43,165 nt of DNA from a virus (IMGVR_UViG_2541047954_000002:1-43165), one strand, 5' to 3'. Positions 1 to 8,895 are shown, numbered from the stretch's first letter. Numbers and translations are program-made. Notes: a model not told the origin generated them from the letters alone.

Positions 1-1284
1 CTACTTCTTCGCCTCTGCAACCACTTTGCTACCCACGCCGCGGTTATTGTATTCCCACATGCGGTTGTAGTTAGTGTCATTCAGATTGCGCTGTACTTCG
101 TCGTTATCATCAACGCTGCCGGTGTTACCCGCAAATGGACGATTAGAGATCACCGCATCAGCCCACGGTTTGGCTGTGTTAAAACCTTCGTTGATGGCGC
201 TATCACGGATCACTACCTGACCGTTGGTATTGGCATCAACATCCAGCGAGCGGCCCAGTTGCGCCACGCCATCACCGGAAGCATTGAAACGGCTGTTTAC
301 GGCGAGGAAACCGTAGTAAATGTTGGACAGCGTAGCCGGTGCAAACACATACGCTTCTTGCTGGGTACGGGAGTTCACCACGCGGAATTCGGTGTTATCG
401 AACACCACTGCGCCGCGACCAGAAACGATATCCACATCCCCTTCAATATAGCTGTTGGTCACCAGCGTACGCGGCTGACGATTCGTTTCCAGACGGTTCT
501 GCACACCGCTGTTGGTGACAAAGAAGGTGTTCTGACGACCGAGAATGTTGACGTTATTGATCTGCACTTTGTCGCCATCAGTACGCAGTGCCACCGCCGG
601 ATGGTTACCCGCATCTACGCTATCGCCCAGCGTGTTTTCGATGGTCAGGTTTTGCAGTTGCAGGCCATTGTTTTGTGACCAGAAGACCGCAGAGCAGAGA
701 ACACCGATACTGTCGCTGCGTTTACTCTGGCAGCTATCGTACATATACCACGCCGGTTTACCTGGCATATATTTGCCGCGCGGGTTGACGTCGTGACGCC
801 AGTCGGCAGGGCTCATGCCACCATCAAGGGAAAGCCCAATCTTCACATCAATCGGTTTTTCACCCGTACCGTACAGAGTAATTCCACCCGGAGCGGCAGG
901 GACATACACCGTTCCCTGATACTCACCAGGCATCACGGCAATATACTGGCGCTTGTTGGTACGCTTGATAATTGCCGCATCTACCGCCGCCTGAATCGTG
1001 GTATGCGTTACACCTTGAGTACCCGCCGGGCCGACAACAAAGTCAGGTTGCGCAGGCAGGGTAATCGGGGAAGGATTCCACGCTGCCGCACCTGGTGTCA
1101 GGGATGCAAAATAGTGTTGAGCATCGAAATTCTGCGCTTCTTTTGCCGACAGAATCGGGCGCGAAGAGGTACCAGGCGCGGTTTGATCAGAAGGACGTTG
1201 ATCGGGCGGTGTTGAGCTACAGGCGGTCAGCGTCACGCCAAAAGCCAATGCCAGCGCCAGACGGGAAACTGAAAATGTGTTCAC
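1..1284 (-). CDS. ybhC: Host YbhC (pectinesterase-family outer-membrane lipoprotein / acyl-CoA thioesterase), complete 427 aa
   Basis: Full-length ORF with lipoprotein signal peptide (LTACSS); recognised as E. coli YbhC, the gene flanking lambda attB on the gal side; stop codon at 1..3 on the minus strand. Confidence 0.8.
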   Translation of the reverse strand: MNTFSVSRLALALAFGVTLTACSSTPPDQRPSDQTAPGTSSRPILSAKEAQNFDAQHYFASLTPGAAAWNPSPITLPAQPDFVVGPAGTQGVTHTTIQAAVDAAIIKRTNKRQYIAVMPGEYQGTVYVPAAPGGITLYGTGEKPIDVKIGLSLDGGMSPADWRHDVNPRGKYMPGKPAWYMYDSCQSKRSDSIGVLCSAVFWSQNNGLQLQNLTIENTLGDSVDAGNHPAVALRTDGDKVQINNVNILGRQNTFFVTNSGVQNRLETNRQPRTLVTNSYIEGDVDIVSGRGAVVFDNTEFRVVNSRTQQEAYVFAPATLSNIYYGFLAVNSRFNASGDGVAQLGRSLDVDANTNGQVVIRDSAINEGFNTAKPWADAVISNRPFAGNTGSVDDNDEVQRNLNDTNYNRMWEYNNRGVGSKVVAEAKK

Positions 1285-1330
1285 AGGTTGCTCCGGGCTA
1301 TGAAATAGAAAAATGAATCCGTTGAAGCCT

Positions 1331-1345
1331 GCTTTTTTATACTAA
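1331..1345. repeat. attL core (GCTTTTTTATACTAA) followed by the P' arm
   Basis: Core followed by AGTTGGCATTATAAAAAAGCATTGCTTATCAATTTGTTGCAACGAACAGGTCACTATCAGTCAAAATAAAATCATTATTTGATTTC, which I recognise as the lambda attP P' arm next to int. Confidence 0.9.
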
Positions 1346-1418
1346 GTTGGCATTATAAAAAAGCATTGCTTATCAATTTGTTGCAACGAACAGGTCACTA
1401 TCAGTCAAAATAAAATCA
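1346..1418. promoter_or_regulatory. attP P' arm (Int arm-type and IHF binding region)
   Basis: Sequence matches the remembered lambda P' arm lying between the core and the int stop codon. Confidence 0.6.
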
Positions 1419-2489
1419 TTATTTGATTTCAATTTTGTCCCACTCCCTGCCTCTGTCATCACGATACTGTGATGCCATGGTGTCCGACTTATGCCCGAGA
1501 AGATGTTGAGCAAACTTATCGCTTATCTGCTTCTCATAGAGTCTTGCAGACAAACTGCGCAACTCGTGAAAGGTAGGCGGATCCCCTTCGAAGGAAAGAC
1601 CTGATGCTTTTCGTGCGCGCATAAAATACCTTGATACTGTGCCGGATGAAAGCGGTTCACGACGAGTAGATGCAATTATGGTTTCTCCGCCAAGAATCTC
1701 TTTGCATTTATCAAGTGTTTCCTTCATTGATATCCCAAGAGCATCAACATGCAATGTTGTTGGGATGGCAATTTTTACGCCGGTTTTGCTTTGCTCGACA
1801 TAAAGATAGCCATCTACGATATCAGACCACTTCATTTCGCATAAATCCCCAACACGCTGCCCGGTAACAACAGCCAGTTCCATTGCAAGTCTAAGCCAAC
1901 ATGGTGATGATTCTGCTGCTTGATAAATTTTCAGGTATTCGTCAGCCGTAAGTCTTGATCTCCTTACCTCTGATTTTGCTGCGCGAGTGGCAGTGACCGG
2001 GTTTGTTGTTATATGGCCTTCAGCTATTGCCTCTCGGAATGCATCGCTCAGTGTTGATCTGATTAACTTTGCTGACGCCGCCTTGCCCTCGTCTATGTAT
2101 CCATTGAGCATTGCTGCAATTTCTTTTGTGGTGATGTCTTCAAGTGGAGCATCAGGCAGCCCCCTCCTTATTGCTTTAATTTTGCTCATGTAATTTATGA
2201 GTGTCTTCTGCTTGATTCCTCTGTTGGCGAGGATTTTTTCGTAGCGATCAAGCCATGAATGTAACGTAACAGAATTATCACTGTTGATTCTCGCTGTCAG
2301 AGGCTTGTGTTTGTGTCCTGAAAATAACTCAATGTTTGCCTGTATAGCTTCAGTGATTGCTATCCTCCTGTCTCGGCCTAATCCAAACTCTTTACCCGTC
2401 CTTGGGTCCCTGTAGCAGTAATATCCATTGTTTCTTATATAAAGATTAGGGGGTAAATCCCGGCGCTCATGACTTCGCCTTCTTCCCAT
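1419..2489 (-). CDS. int: Lambda-type integrase (tyrosine recombinase), 356 aa
   Basis: Protein MGRRRSHERRDLPPNLYIRNNGYYCYRDPRTGKEF... matches lambda Int along its length as remembered; adjacent to the P' arm. Confidence 0.97.
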   Translation of the reverse strand: MGRRRSHERRDLPPNLYIRNNGYYCYRDPRTGKEFGLGRDRRIAITEAIQANIELFSGHKHKPLTARINSDNSVTLHSWLDRYEKILANRGIKQKTLINYMSKIKAIRRGLPDAPLEDITTKEIAAMLNGYIDEGKAASAKLIRSTLSDAFREAIAEGHITTNPVTATRAAKSEVRRSRLTADEYLKIYQAAESSPCWLRLAMELAVVTGQRVGDLCEMKWSDIVDGYLYVEQSKTGVKIAIPTTLHVDALGISMKETLDKCKEILGGETIIASTRREPLSSGTVSRYFMRARKASGLSFEGDPPTFHELRSLSARLYEKQISDKFAQHLLGHKSDTMASQYRDDRGREWDKIEIK

Positions 2490-2685
2490 TTTTGATCCTC
2501 TTCAAAAGGCTACCTGTTACTGGTCGATTTAAGTCAACCTTTACCGCTGATTCGTGGAACAGATACTCTCTTCCATCCTTAACCGGAGGAGGGAATATCC
2601 TGCACTCGCGTACCCATCGACGAACTGTTTCAAGGCTTCTTGGGCGTCGCTGGCGTGCGTTCCACTCCTGAAGTGTCAAGTACAT
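2467..2685 (-). CDS. xis: Excisionase, 72 aa
   Basis: MYLTLQEWNARQRRPRSLETVRRWVRECRIFPPPVKDGREYLF... matches lambda Xis; overlaps the int start as in lambda. Confidence 0.95.
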   Translation of the reverse strand: MYLTLQEWNARQRRPRSLETVRRWVRECRIFPPPVKDGREYLFHESAVKVDLNRPVTGSLLKRIKNGKKAKS

Positions 2686-2775
2686 CGCAAAGTCTCCGCA
2701 ATTACACGCAAGAAAAAACCGCCATCAGGCGGCTTGGTGTTCTTTCAGTTCTTCAATTCGAATATTGGTTACGTC

Positions 2776-3087
2776 TTATTCGATGCGCACTCCTGGTATT
2801 TCGCCTTTTGATATTGCGAAGTCATAAATTTGCGCAGCACTATACCCATCTCGCATCCATGAATCTAATGCGCGAATAGCCTCGCTACGCTTTTTATCTT
2901 CTCTCTCATTTTTGATATCAACGAGGACATCAACGCAATTAAGGCAAATGTGGATTTTGTCCTTACATTCGATCATGGCGGCTTTACCATGATTTCCGCC
3001 ACACAGTGAGCATAAATCTTCAGGGTCTGGCTGGTATTTCTGTAACGTTAGATGGTTGAATGTTGAACAGGCCATAATCATCTCCAT
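2776..3087 (-). CDS. Hypothetical Cys-rich (zinc-ribbon-like) protein, 103 aa
   Basis: ORF with CSLCGG...HICLNC motifs; int-proximal position; no family recognised. Confidence 0.45.
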   Translation of the reverse strand: MEMIMACSTFNHLTLQKYQPDPEDLCSLCGGNHGKAAMIECKDKIHICLNCVDVLVDIKNEREDKKRSEAIRALDSWMRDGYSAAQIYDFAISKGEIPGVRIE

Positions 3088-3146
3088 AAAACAAAACTCG
3101 CCGTAGCGAGTTCAGATAAAAGAAATCCCCGCGAGTTCGAGGATTG

Positions 3147-3470
3147 TTATTCATTGCCGATATTCACCTTTATCGCGAACACCTTTACCGGTTTATCGCC
3201 GAAGTGCGGATGTGTGATTGTCTTGATTTCATATCCGTCATACGGAACATCAATTCTACGGCTGGAATCGTCGCGCTTCGGATATCCCTTTGTGATAATC
3301 AGGCGATCATACTCCCGGAACATAATTCGCTTATTCCAGTAGTCATTACACAGGCGATACTCTTCCGTTTTCTCTCTGCGAATCATGGCATCGAAGTATT
3401 CACCTTTAACGGCAAGTTGTAGGTTAGCCAAGGTTAACCTCCTGCGGCGGTTCTGCTGCAAAATACGCAA
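3147..3470 (-). CDS. Hypothetical protein, 107 aa (start uncertain)
   Basis: Intact ORF in the early leftward operon; no confident family assignment. Confidence 0.4.
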   Translation of the reverse strand: MRILQQNRRRRLTLANLQLAVKGEYFDAMIRREKTEEYRLCNDYWNKRIMFREYDRLIITKGYPKRDDSSRRIDVPYDGYEIKTITHPHFGDKPVKVFAIKVNIGNE

Positions 3471-4275
3471 TACCTTTATCCCAGATGGATTTTATGGTCG
3501 TCCATGTGACTGGTACTTTAATTTCAATCCGCCCGCTACCGTCACAGGTATCGCAATCATCATCGCCAAAGCATTCCGGGCAGCTGATAAACGTAGTTTC
3601 TGAAAATTCACCGGATAGCGCACCCTTAGCGCCGTTCTCGGCTGTTAGTCTCTTCGGCACCATGACCCAACCATCCGGAGTTACCGGAGAGTTGCCATTT
3701 ACATCGAAGTTTGGCTCTGCGTCCTGAACCAGGAGGATGTAACCATTCTTGGCTGTATCAAGTTCTAACGCCTCGGTGACGGTGCCGAAATAGCGATTAC
3801 CTAAATCAGCATCACAAGTGCTTACATCAATGGAAACTTCCATGCCCTCGATTAATTCTGGCAAGTTGTAAGTTTGGCTTACGGGTTCGGCTTCCAGTTC
3901 TGCTATGCGCTTTTTTGCTGCTTCCAGATCAACACGCAGCTTCCCTACCGTTAGCGCAATATCCTCGTTCTCCTGGTCGCGGCGTTTGATGTATTGCTGG
4001 TTTCTTTCCCGTTCATCCAGCAGCGCCAAGACGGTAGCCGGATTGGCTGCGGCGATGAATTCAGCGTTGGCCTGCTGTTCCATTTGGAAATCTTCATCGA
4101 AACCGCTTTCTGGATGCGCTCCTTCAATTCTGCAAATAGGAATATATCCAGAAACCTCGCGATGAATTAGTGCATCATCACCATCAAATCGTCCCTCTCC
4201 ATATTCGAGCGACCATACACCACACGTTGCTTTCTCTGCCTTTTCACGCAGTGCCTGATAGTCAATCTTGCTCAC
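3424..4275 (-). CDS. Ead/Ea22-like protein with C-terminal Cys-rich zinc-ribbon; proposed GTG start with strong SD
   Basis: Contains the ANAEFIAAANPATVLALLDE-type motif and coiled-coil typical of Ea22-like proteins, C-terminal CPECFGDDDCDTCDGSG; AAGGAGG lies 6 nt upstream of the GTG at 4275; the ATG at 4467 would overlap the Lar domain by ~200 bp. Confidence 0.55.
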   Translation of the reverse strand: MSKIDYQALREKAEKATCGVWSLEYGEGRFDGDDALIHREVSGYIPICRIEGAHPESGFDEDFQMEQQANAEFIAAANPATVLALLDERERNQQYIKRRDQENEDIALTVGKLRVDLEAAKKRIAELEAEPVSQTYNLPELIEGMEVSIDVSTCDADLGNRYFGTVTEALELDTAKNGYILLVQDAEPNFDVNGNSPVTPDGWVMVPKRLTAENGAKGALSGEFSETTFISCPECFGDDDCDTCDGSGRIEIKVPVTWTTIKSIWDKGIAYFAAEPPQEVNLG

Positions 4276-5014
4276 TGTTTGCCTCCTTTGCTCGCTGATT
4301 CCACTCTGCTCTAACCTCTGAATAAAAAATCGCGCAGTCATTTCCAGGCGCTGCATATTTGCTACCAGATTGAGCGCGACACGTACCGCATCGAACGAAA
4401 TAGAATCGACCGCCAGAGCCATATTCAGGGTGATCCGCTTCGCTGGCAACGTGCGCTGCGCCGCCACAGAATGGACATGGTAGTAGGTTGCTCATGAATG
4501 CACTCCCTTGAATGCACTCCCTTGAATGCACTCCCTTGCGAAGTTGGTCTGCACAATGCAGCAGGGCGTCCGTCGCATATTTAAGCCTCACTAGCTCACC
4601 ATCATCCATTCCCGCGAGATTCGCGTGTTTAACGAACGCCGAGCAAAGGTCATTAAACGCCTGCGCCCGCACTTCATCCAGGAAAGTGTCGGTGGCTGGG
4701 GTTTCAGTAACATCATCTTCCCATTCGCTAAACTCCTCACGACAAAAGTCATTAAATTCCTTCTCAGATTGCTTAAGCGAGGTATTTTCTGCAGCCATCT
4801 TCGCGCATTTAGCCTCAAGGTTATCAATCGTGATTCCAGCAGAACGACACTCCCGCAACGCCGTTTCCAGTTTTGATTCAAGCTCACCGAACTTACGCAC
4901 CAGATATTCAGCGTTTGTTTCGTTAACCTTTAAATCTCGTGGGATGCATTTACCTTTCAGAAAACCATCCATCTCAATTAGTGACATTTGTTTCATTTCT
5001 TCCCACTCCGCCAC
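4262..5014 (-). CDS. 250-aa ORF: N-terminal unknown domain fused in-frame through a 14-bp x3 repeat to a C-terminal Lar-family restriction-alleviation domain (internal start at 4495 would give a stand-alone 77-aa Lar)
   Basis: C-terminus [42 protein letters not shown] has the CPFCG...GGRFYFV...C signature of Lar-family proteins; upstream part is acidic/coiled. Confidence 0.6.
   Translation of the reverse strand: MAEWEEMKQMSLIEMDGFLKGKCIPRDLKVNETNAEYLVRKFGELESKLETALRECRSAGITIDNLEAKCAKMAAENTSLKQSEKEFNDFCREEFSEWEDDVTETPATDTFLDEVRAQAFNDLCSAFVKHANLAGMDDGELVRLKYATDALLHCADQLRKGVHSRECIQGSAFMSNLLPCPFCGGAAHVASEADHPEYGSGGRFYFVRCGTCRAQSGSKYAAPGNDCAIFYSEVRAEWNQRAKEANSEQD
4496..4537. repeat. Perfect tandem triplication of a 14-bp unit (GAATGCACTCCCTT; minus-strand AAGGGAGTGCATTC, contains an SD-like AGGGAG)
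   Basis: Three identical adjacent copies directly 5' of the Lar-domain ATG at 4495 on the minus strand. Confidence 0.95.
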
Positions 5015-5153
5015 ATCGCATTCAGATATTTGTTTTGATTCACTGAAGGAAAAGAATTTCTCTTAAGCAATTCCTCTCTCGATGGCATTGGCTTTACGCG
5101 TTGGCGAATAATCATTTCTGCCGGAAGAATGCCGGGATTGTATGCAAGTCCTC

Positions 5154-5462
5154 TCATGATTTACTCTCCACGAACTGGTCAATAGCCATGCTAAGTGACA
5201 CACCTAAAGTCTCGATATGCTGCTGAATATCCTGTAGCGTCTGCGCCTGAGATAACAGGATTTCACGGTTGCATAACTCTTTAACCAGATGCTCAAACTT
5301 GCTGTAATAACCGATACGACTTAGTGTTTCTTTGCCTGCATTCTCGCCTTCTTTGATAATTCCTCTTTCACTAAGAATCAGGTCGTGTTTTGTTCCGGTA
5401 ATAACGTATTTGCCGAGGTCGATGTTTAGCTTCATTGTTTTCATTGTTAATTCCTCAGTCAT
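5154..5462 (-). CDS. Hypothetical protein (~100 aa; start at 5462 or 5444)
   Basis: ORF with ATGA overlap to the upstream gene stop; GAGGAA SD before the 5444 ATG; no family recognised. Confidence 0.4.
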   Translation of the reverse strand: MTEELTMKTMKLNIDLGKYVITGTKHDLILSERGIIKEGENAGKETLSRIGYYSKFEHLVKELCNREILLSQAQTLQDIQQHIETLGVSLSMAIDQFVESKS

Positions 5463-5748
5463 TACTGATAGCGCCATAGCGTGAGCGGTAATTACGCAGG
5501 CGCGGGTCAATTTCAGGGAAGTGGGTATATGTGGCTTTGCGGAATGGTCGGATTGATGTCTGGTAAATTCGCTCGCGTTCTTCTTTCTCTGCAAGCCATA
5601 TACAGTGGCGAAATTCCTTTTCATCTTTCGTTTCCTGCGGTAGAGACATTATCTGGTCGTAGTTTTTCCTGAATTTATCCAGCACCTCCAATACGGAATT
5701 GCCGGAACAGCGGCGCGCGTCGTCCGCACCATACAGAGGCGCTGGCAT
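5455..5748 (-). CDS. Hypothetical protein, 97 aa
   Basis: Intact ORF downstream of the SSB-like gene in the same operon. Confidence 0.4.
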   Translation of the reverse strand: MPAPLYGADDARRCSGNSVLEVLDKFRKNYDQIMSLPQETKDEKEFRHCIWLAEKEERERIYQTSIRPFRKATYTHFPEIDPRLRNYRSRYGAISND

Positions 5749-5771
5749 AATGGAATCCTTATGTTGCTACT

Positions 5772-6155
5772 TTAGAAGGGAATTGAATCGTCGTATTCAG
5801 GATGATTTTGATGATTGCTACTTTGCTGCTGTTGGCTGTTTCCTGAAGTTGCAAATCCAATCTTTGCATTCAGTAATTCAAGAGTGATTGATTGACCATT
5901 TTGCCCCTGATAAACATCAACCCTGATGTTTTCTCCGGTAATTTCTACAATGCCACCTTCAACAAGAACACTACGGTAGTAATCCGCTTGCGCTCCCGGC
6001 TTGGCAAATACAACGGCGCTGTAGTTTGTCCGTTCTTTCTTTTTTGTCTGGCGATCGTAATACTGAACGCCAGCACGGATGTTGAATCCGATATTTTCCC
6101 CGGCCTGAAACTCTCTTGCGGGCTTGTTTAGTCTTACAGTAATCGAATGTGCCAT
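5772..6155 (-). CDS. SSB-like protein with C-terminal acidic tail (ends ...EYDDSIPF)
   Basis: C-terminal DDxIPF-type tail characteristic of bacterial/phage SSBs; Gln-rich linker; immediately downstream of erf with a TAATG overlap. Confidence 0.5.
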   Translation of the reverse strand: MAHSITVRLNKPAREFQAGENIGFNIRAGVQYYDRQTKKKERTNYSAVVFAKPGAQADYYRSVLVEGGIVEITGENIRVDVYQGQNGQSITLELLNAKIGFATSGNSQQQQSSNHQNHPEYDDSIPF

Positions 6156-6760
6156 TAAGCAGCCGCTCCTTCTAATTCATCTCGTCTGATGTTGTAAACG
6201 TCCTGCGCTTTGTGCTGCTCCGGTGTGCCTTCGAGCATCTTCCACGCTTTGGCGAACGCCTGTTTAAGCTCTTCTACGGTGTTTTTCTGCATTGCTGCGT
6301 CAGTGAATGCTTTTAGAACCTGTTCAGGTGTAGGTGATGGTTTTGATTGCTTTACTGCTGCGTTCTGCTGATGTTTATGCTCGTCTGTATCTGCATCTTT
6401 CGCATCATCAATGCCGAACAAACCATTGAGGCAATACTTGCGTGCATAAGAGCTTGTAGCGCCCGTAACTTGTGCAGAATCCATTCCTTTCTTGCTTTCT
6501 TCCTCTCGTGCAAGAGCGGTTGCCGTATGACTGTTTTCGCCATCGGTAATAGTTGCCGTGGCTTTCACGTAATACCGATCACCAATCAACACAACTTCAT
6601 CGCTGATTGATAAAAACAGGCCATTCAGTAACGGCTTAACGCCTTCAAGAATGTCTTCGCAGCTTCTGTATTTATATTTGCCGAATGAGTTGTACTGATT
6701 CTTTGGCGCGTTCAGATTCTCCTGAATAGCTGCCAGTCTTGCGTAAAATTCTTTGCTCAT
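6155..6760 (-). CDS. erf: Erf-family single-strand annealing recombinase (P22 Erf-like)
   Basis: MSKEFYARLAAIQENLNAPKNQYNSFGKYKYRSCEDILEGVKPLL... closely matches remembered P22 Erf; start set at the MSKEF methionine. Confidence 0.85.
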   Translation of the reverse strand: MSKEFYARLAAIQENLNAPKNQYNSFGKYKYRSCEDILEGVKPLLNGLFLSISDEVVLIGDRYYVKATATITDGENSHTATALAREEESKKGMDSAQVTGATSSYARKYCLNGLFGIDDAKDADTDEHKHQQNAAVKQSKPSPTPEQVLKAFTDAAMQKNTVEELKQAFAKAWKMLEGTPEQHKAQDVYNIRRDELEGAAA

Positions 6761-6861
6761 ATGATTGTTCTCAGAATGGACACGGCCCAAGGAAATAACG
6801 CTGATTTAATACTTCGACTCGTGACAAATTAAGGCATACCCGCATTCCTTCGCGGTCGCCA

Positions 6862-7020
6862 TTATGGCGATACCAGAGAGCTTTCTGCGTGTACATGCGT
6901 CTCTGTAACTTGCTCTCCTTCACTGTGGTTGCAAGTGACATGAATATCTCCTTCGTTACCGATTAAATCTTTCATCTGACGAATGAATTCTTCGTCTGAC
7001 CAGTTATCTGTAAAACTCAT
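6862..7020 (-). CDS. Small ORF (52 aa) between kil and erf, possible Arf-like accessory protein
   Basis: Hand-translated ORF MSFTDNWSDEEFIRQMKDLIGNEG...; start overlaps the kil stop (ATGA); position matches arf in P22-like early regions. Confidence 0.3.
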   Translation of the reverse strand: MSFTDNWSDEEFIRQMKDLIGNEGDIHVTCNHSEGEQVTETHVHAESSLVSP

Positions 7021-7169
7021 TTCCTGCGATACCACGGAAGGTTGATAGCTGATTTCATCGCTTTATTTGCTTCAAACCACATTTTGGAATCACCAATAAA
7101 TCTGGCTATTACTGCTTTGTTTTGTGCAGCACGAAGCATCTGATGATTTATGGCTATTTCATTGCGCAT
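7017..7169 (-). CDS. kil: Kil-like host cell division inhibitory peptide, 50 aa
   Basis: Hand-translated MRNEIAINHQMLRAAQNKAVIARFIGDSKMWFEANKAMKSAINLPWYRRK; the IA-FIGD-KM motif resembles lambda Kil; located immediately downstream of cIII as in lambda. Confidence 0.55.
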   Translation of the reverse strand: MRNEIAINHQMLRAAQNKAVIARFIGDSKMWFEANKAMKSAINLPWYRRK

Positions 7170-7285
7170 AATAAGACCTCAACTCTTTTCCATCCGTCAC
7201 GTAATTTACGGGTGATTCGTTCAAGTAAAGATTCATTTAATTGGAAGGCACCCATGCGAGCGCCTCCCGCGATTGCGTAAATCAT
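7154..7285 (-). CDS. cIII: CIII-like protein (FtsH inhibitor), 43 aa
   Basis: Hand-translated MIYAIAGGARMGAFQLNESLLERITRKLRDGWKR...; the ESLLERITRKLRDGWKR core is as I remember lambda CIII. Confidence 0.75.
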   Translation of the reverse strand: MIYAIAGGARMGAFQLNESLLERITRKLRDGWKRVEVLLCAMK

Positions 7286-7309
7286 GGGTGGTTCCTTATG
7301 TTGGTTTTA

Positions 7310-8278
7310 TTAGTAGGTTATTTTTGTTGCGAATACTTCGCCTTTTACGATGGCTGTTATGATATTTTTAGCAACATCTTCTGATGCGCCAACCTTGATA
7401 AGGTCAGCAAGTATTTTGTTATTTACTTCTTTCCGGTGAGCTTTATCCTTTGCTCTACACTCTTCTTCTTCCTTGATTCTTTTTTCTTCTGCTATTCTGG
7501 CTTGCTCTTTTGCTTCAGCCTCGCGCCGGATTCGTTCAGCCTCCTCCTGTGCTTTTCGGCGTTCTGCTTCAATTGCCGCCTGCTTTTCTCTTTCAGCTCG
7601 TTCTGCTGCCTCTTTTGCTTCGCGCTGTGCTCGTTGCTCGGCTTCAATGCGTTCACGCTCTGCACGTTCCGCTGCGGCCTTAGCTTCTGCTTCTCGCCTT
7701 GCTGCTGCTTCAATTTCGGCTTTTGCCTTTGCTTCGGCTTCTGCTCTGGCTTTCTCTTCAGCTTCTCTTTTTAAGCGTTCTTCATGCTCTCGCTTTTCCT
7801 GCTCAGCTTTGAGTCTTGCCTCTTCTCTTTGGCGGTCAAATTCGCGATCCATCAAAATCGCTATTTCATGGTCAGACTCAATTTGCTTTGCGAGAGCTTC
7901 AGCTGCTGCCTTAGCTTCTTCTTCGGCTTTAATCCGTGCCTGTTCATCCTCATAATCAGTAAGAGGCTGGCGTGCCTTGGCTTTCAGCTCATCAAGTCGA
8001 TCACGCACTGTCTTGCGGTTGGCATCAATTAGCTTTGGAATTTCCTTCAGTTCAGCAACAAGGTCTTTGCCAAGACCATCGAGATATGTTTTCGTCTGCG
8101 CAACTTTATACGCCAGAGAAGCGATCTCCTTTCTTCCCTTTGCCGTTGTTATATCAGGCACAAAGGACATAACTTCACGTTCAACCTTTTGGAGAATTTC
8201 TTCAATCTGGTCGGCAGACTGAAATACAGTCATTGCATTTGCTTTTTCAATAACAACTAAATCTGTTACTTCACTCAT
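7310..8278 (-). CDS. Highly charged coiled-coil protein with E/A/R/K-rich low-complexity core, 322 aa
   Basis: Long ORF, GGAGGA SD before the ATG at 8278; central ~150 aa is an almost pure Glu/Ala/Arg/Lys repeat. Confidence 0.6.
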   Translation of the reverse strand: MSEVTDLVVIEKANAMTVFQSADQIEEILQKVEREVMSFVPDITTAKGRKEIASLAYKVAQTKTYLDGLGKDLVAELKEIPKLIDANRKTVRDRLDELKAKARQPLTDYEDEQARIKAEEEAKAAAEALAKQIESDHEIAILMDREFDRQREEARLKAEQEKREHEERLKREAEEKARAEAEAKAKAEIEAAARREAEAKAAAERAERERIEAEQRAQREAKEAAERAEREKQAAIEAERRKAQEEAERIRREAEAKEQARIAEEKRIKEEEECRAKDKAHRKEVNNKILADLIKVGASEDVAKNIITAIVKGEVFATKITY

Positions 8279-8410
8279 ATATCCTCCATCAAAAAAATCG
8301 CCCTCACATCGGAGGGCAAAGAAGATTTCCAATAATCAGAACAAGTCGGCTCCTGTTTAGTTACGAGCGACATTGCTCACATAGCAGACTCGCAAATCTG
8401 CTATAGGTGC

Positions 8411-8572
8411 TTATTCGCATCGCATGACAACATCAAATTTTTCGAGATTACTTTGTCGCAACAATCCCTCTTCTACGCGGTCAGCTTTTCTATAATTATC
8501 AAATTCGAAATGTTTAATTACTTCTTTCGTTTCTCGCTCTATAACTTCAACAATGTATTTCTTATTCATCAT
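8411..8572 (-). CDS. Hypothetical small protein, 53 aa
   Basis: ORF with ATGATGA start/stop overlap to the upstream gene. Confidence 0.4.
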   Translation of the reverse strand: MMNKKYIVEVIERETKEVIKHFEFDNYRKADRVEEGLLRQSNLEKFDVVMRCE

Positions 8573-8847
8573 TCTTCCCCCAGGGCCTTGCTGATGGCTG
8601 CCTTGGCTCGTTTGTATTCGGTTAACTCTCTGCACCCTTCGTCATGCTCGTAAAGGAAGACAAGCTCTTGCAGTGCTTCAAGCAAATCAGGAGCTGCTGC
8701 TATCAGTAGCGCATCCTCCCTTTCATTTCTTGTTGCTGCTTCAATGTATGTGTCACCAATCGTCACACCATGGAACGTAGTCATCATCTCGTTGACGTTT
8801 CTAACCGTGTACTTCCATTTACCAGGCGTACCCTTAAACTCTTTCAT
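8569..8847 (-). CDS. Hypothetical protein, 92 aa, with ALLIAAAPDLLEAL motif
   Basis: ORF with GAGGTGG SD; motif resembles the conserved segment of Ead/Ea22-family proteins. Confidence 0.45.
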   Translation of the reverse strand: MKEFKGTPGKWKYTVRNVNEMMTTFHGVTIGDTYIEAATRNEREDALLIAAAPDLLEALQELVFLYEHDEGCRELTEYKRAKAAISKALGEE

Positions 8848-8854
8848 ATCCACC

Positions 8855-8895
8855 TCTGTTGTTTATGCCAAAAATAAAGGCCGACTATGCGGCCT
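8855..8895. repeat. Copy 1 of a 41-bp direct repeat (38/41 identical to 9399..9439); minus-strand hairpin plus U-run, terminator-like
   Basis: TCTGTTGTTTATGCCAAAAATAAAGG identical in both copies; here followed by CCGACTATGCGGCCT, forming GGCCGCATAGTCGGCC + TTTATTTTT on the minus strand. Confidence 0.85.

Noticed and set aside
259-1316. Several plus-strand ORFs (259..678, 545..796, 588..788, 793..1215, 1095..1316) inside ybhC
   Set aside because: They lie antisense within a recognisable full-length host gene and have no RBS or family support; treated as shadow ORFs.
3424-4467. Long version of the Ea22-like ORF starting at the ATG at 4467
   Set aside because: It would overlap the Lar-like domain by ~200 bp in another frame; a GTG at 4275 with a perfect AAGGAGG SD gives a minimal overlap and is more plausible.
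4496-4537. Possible CRISPR-like array (14-bp tandem repeats); same question for the iterons at 13055..13165
   Set aside because: Repeats are directly adjacent without spacers and far too short; no cas genes; they are a tandem triplication and origin iterons.
7436-7955. Plus-strand ORFs (7436..7774, 7473..7955) and minus-strand 7492..7713, rich in Cys/Ser/Phe/Leu or Lys/Gln
   Set aside because: Alternative-frame translations of the repetitive GAA/GCA-rich coiled-coil gene; low-complexity artefacts.
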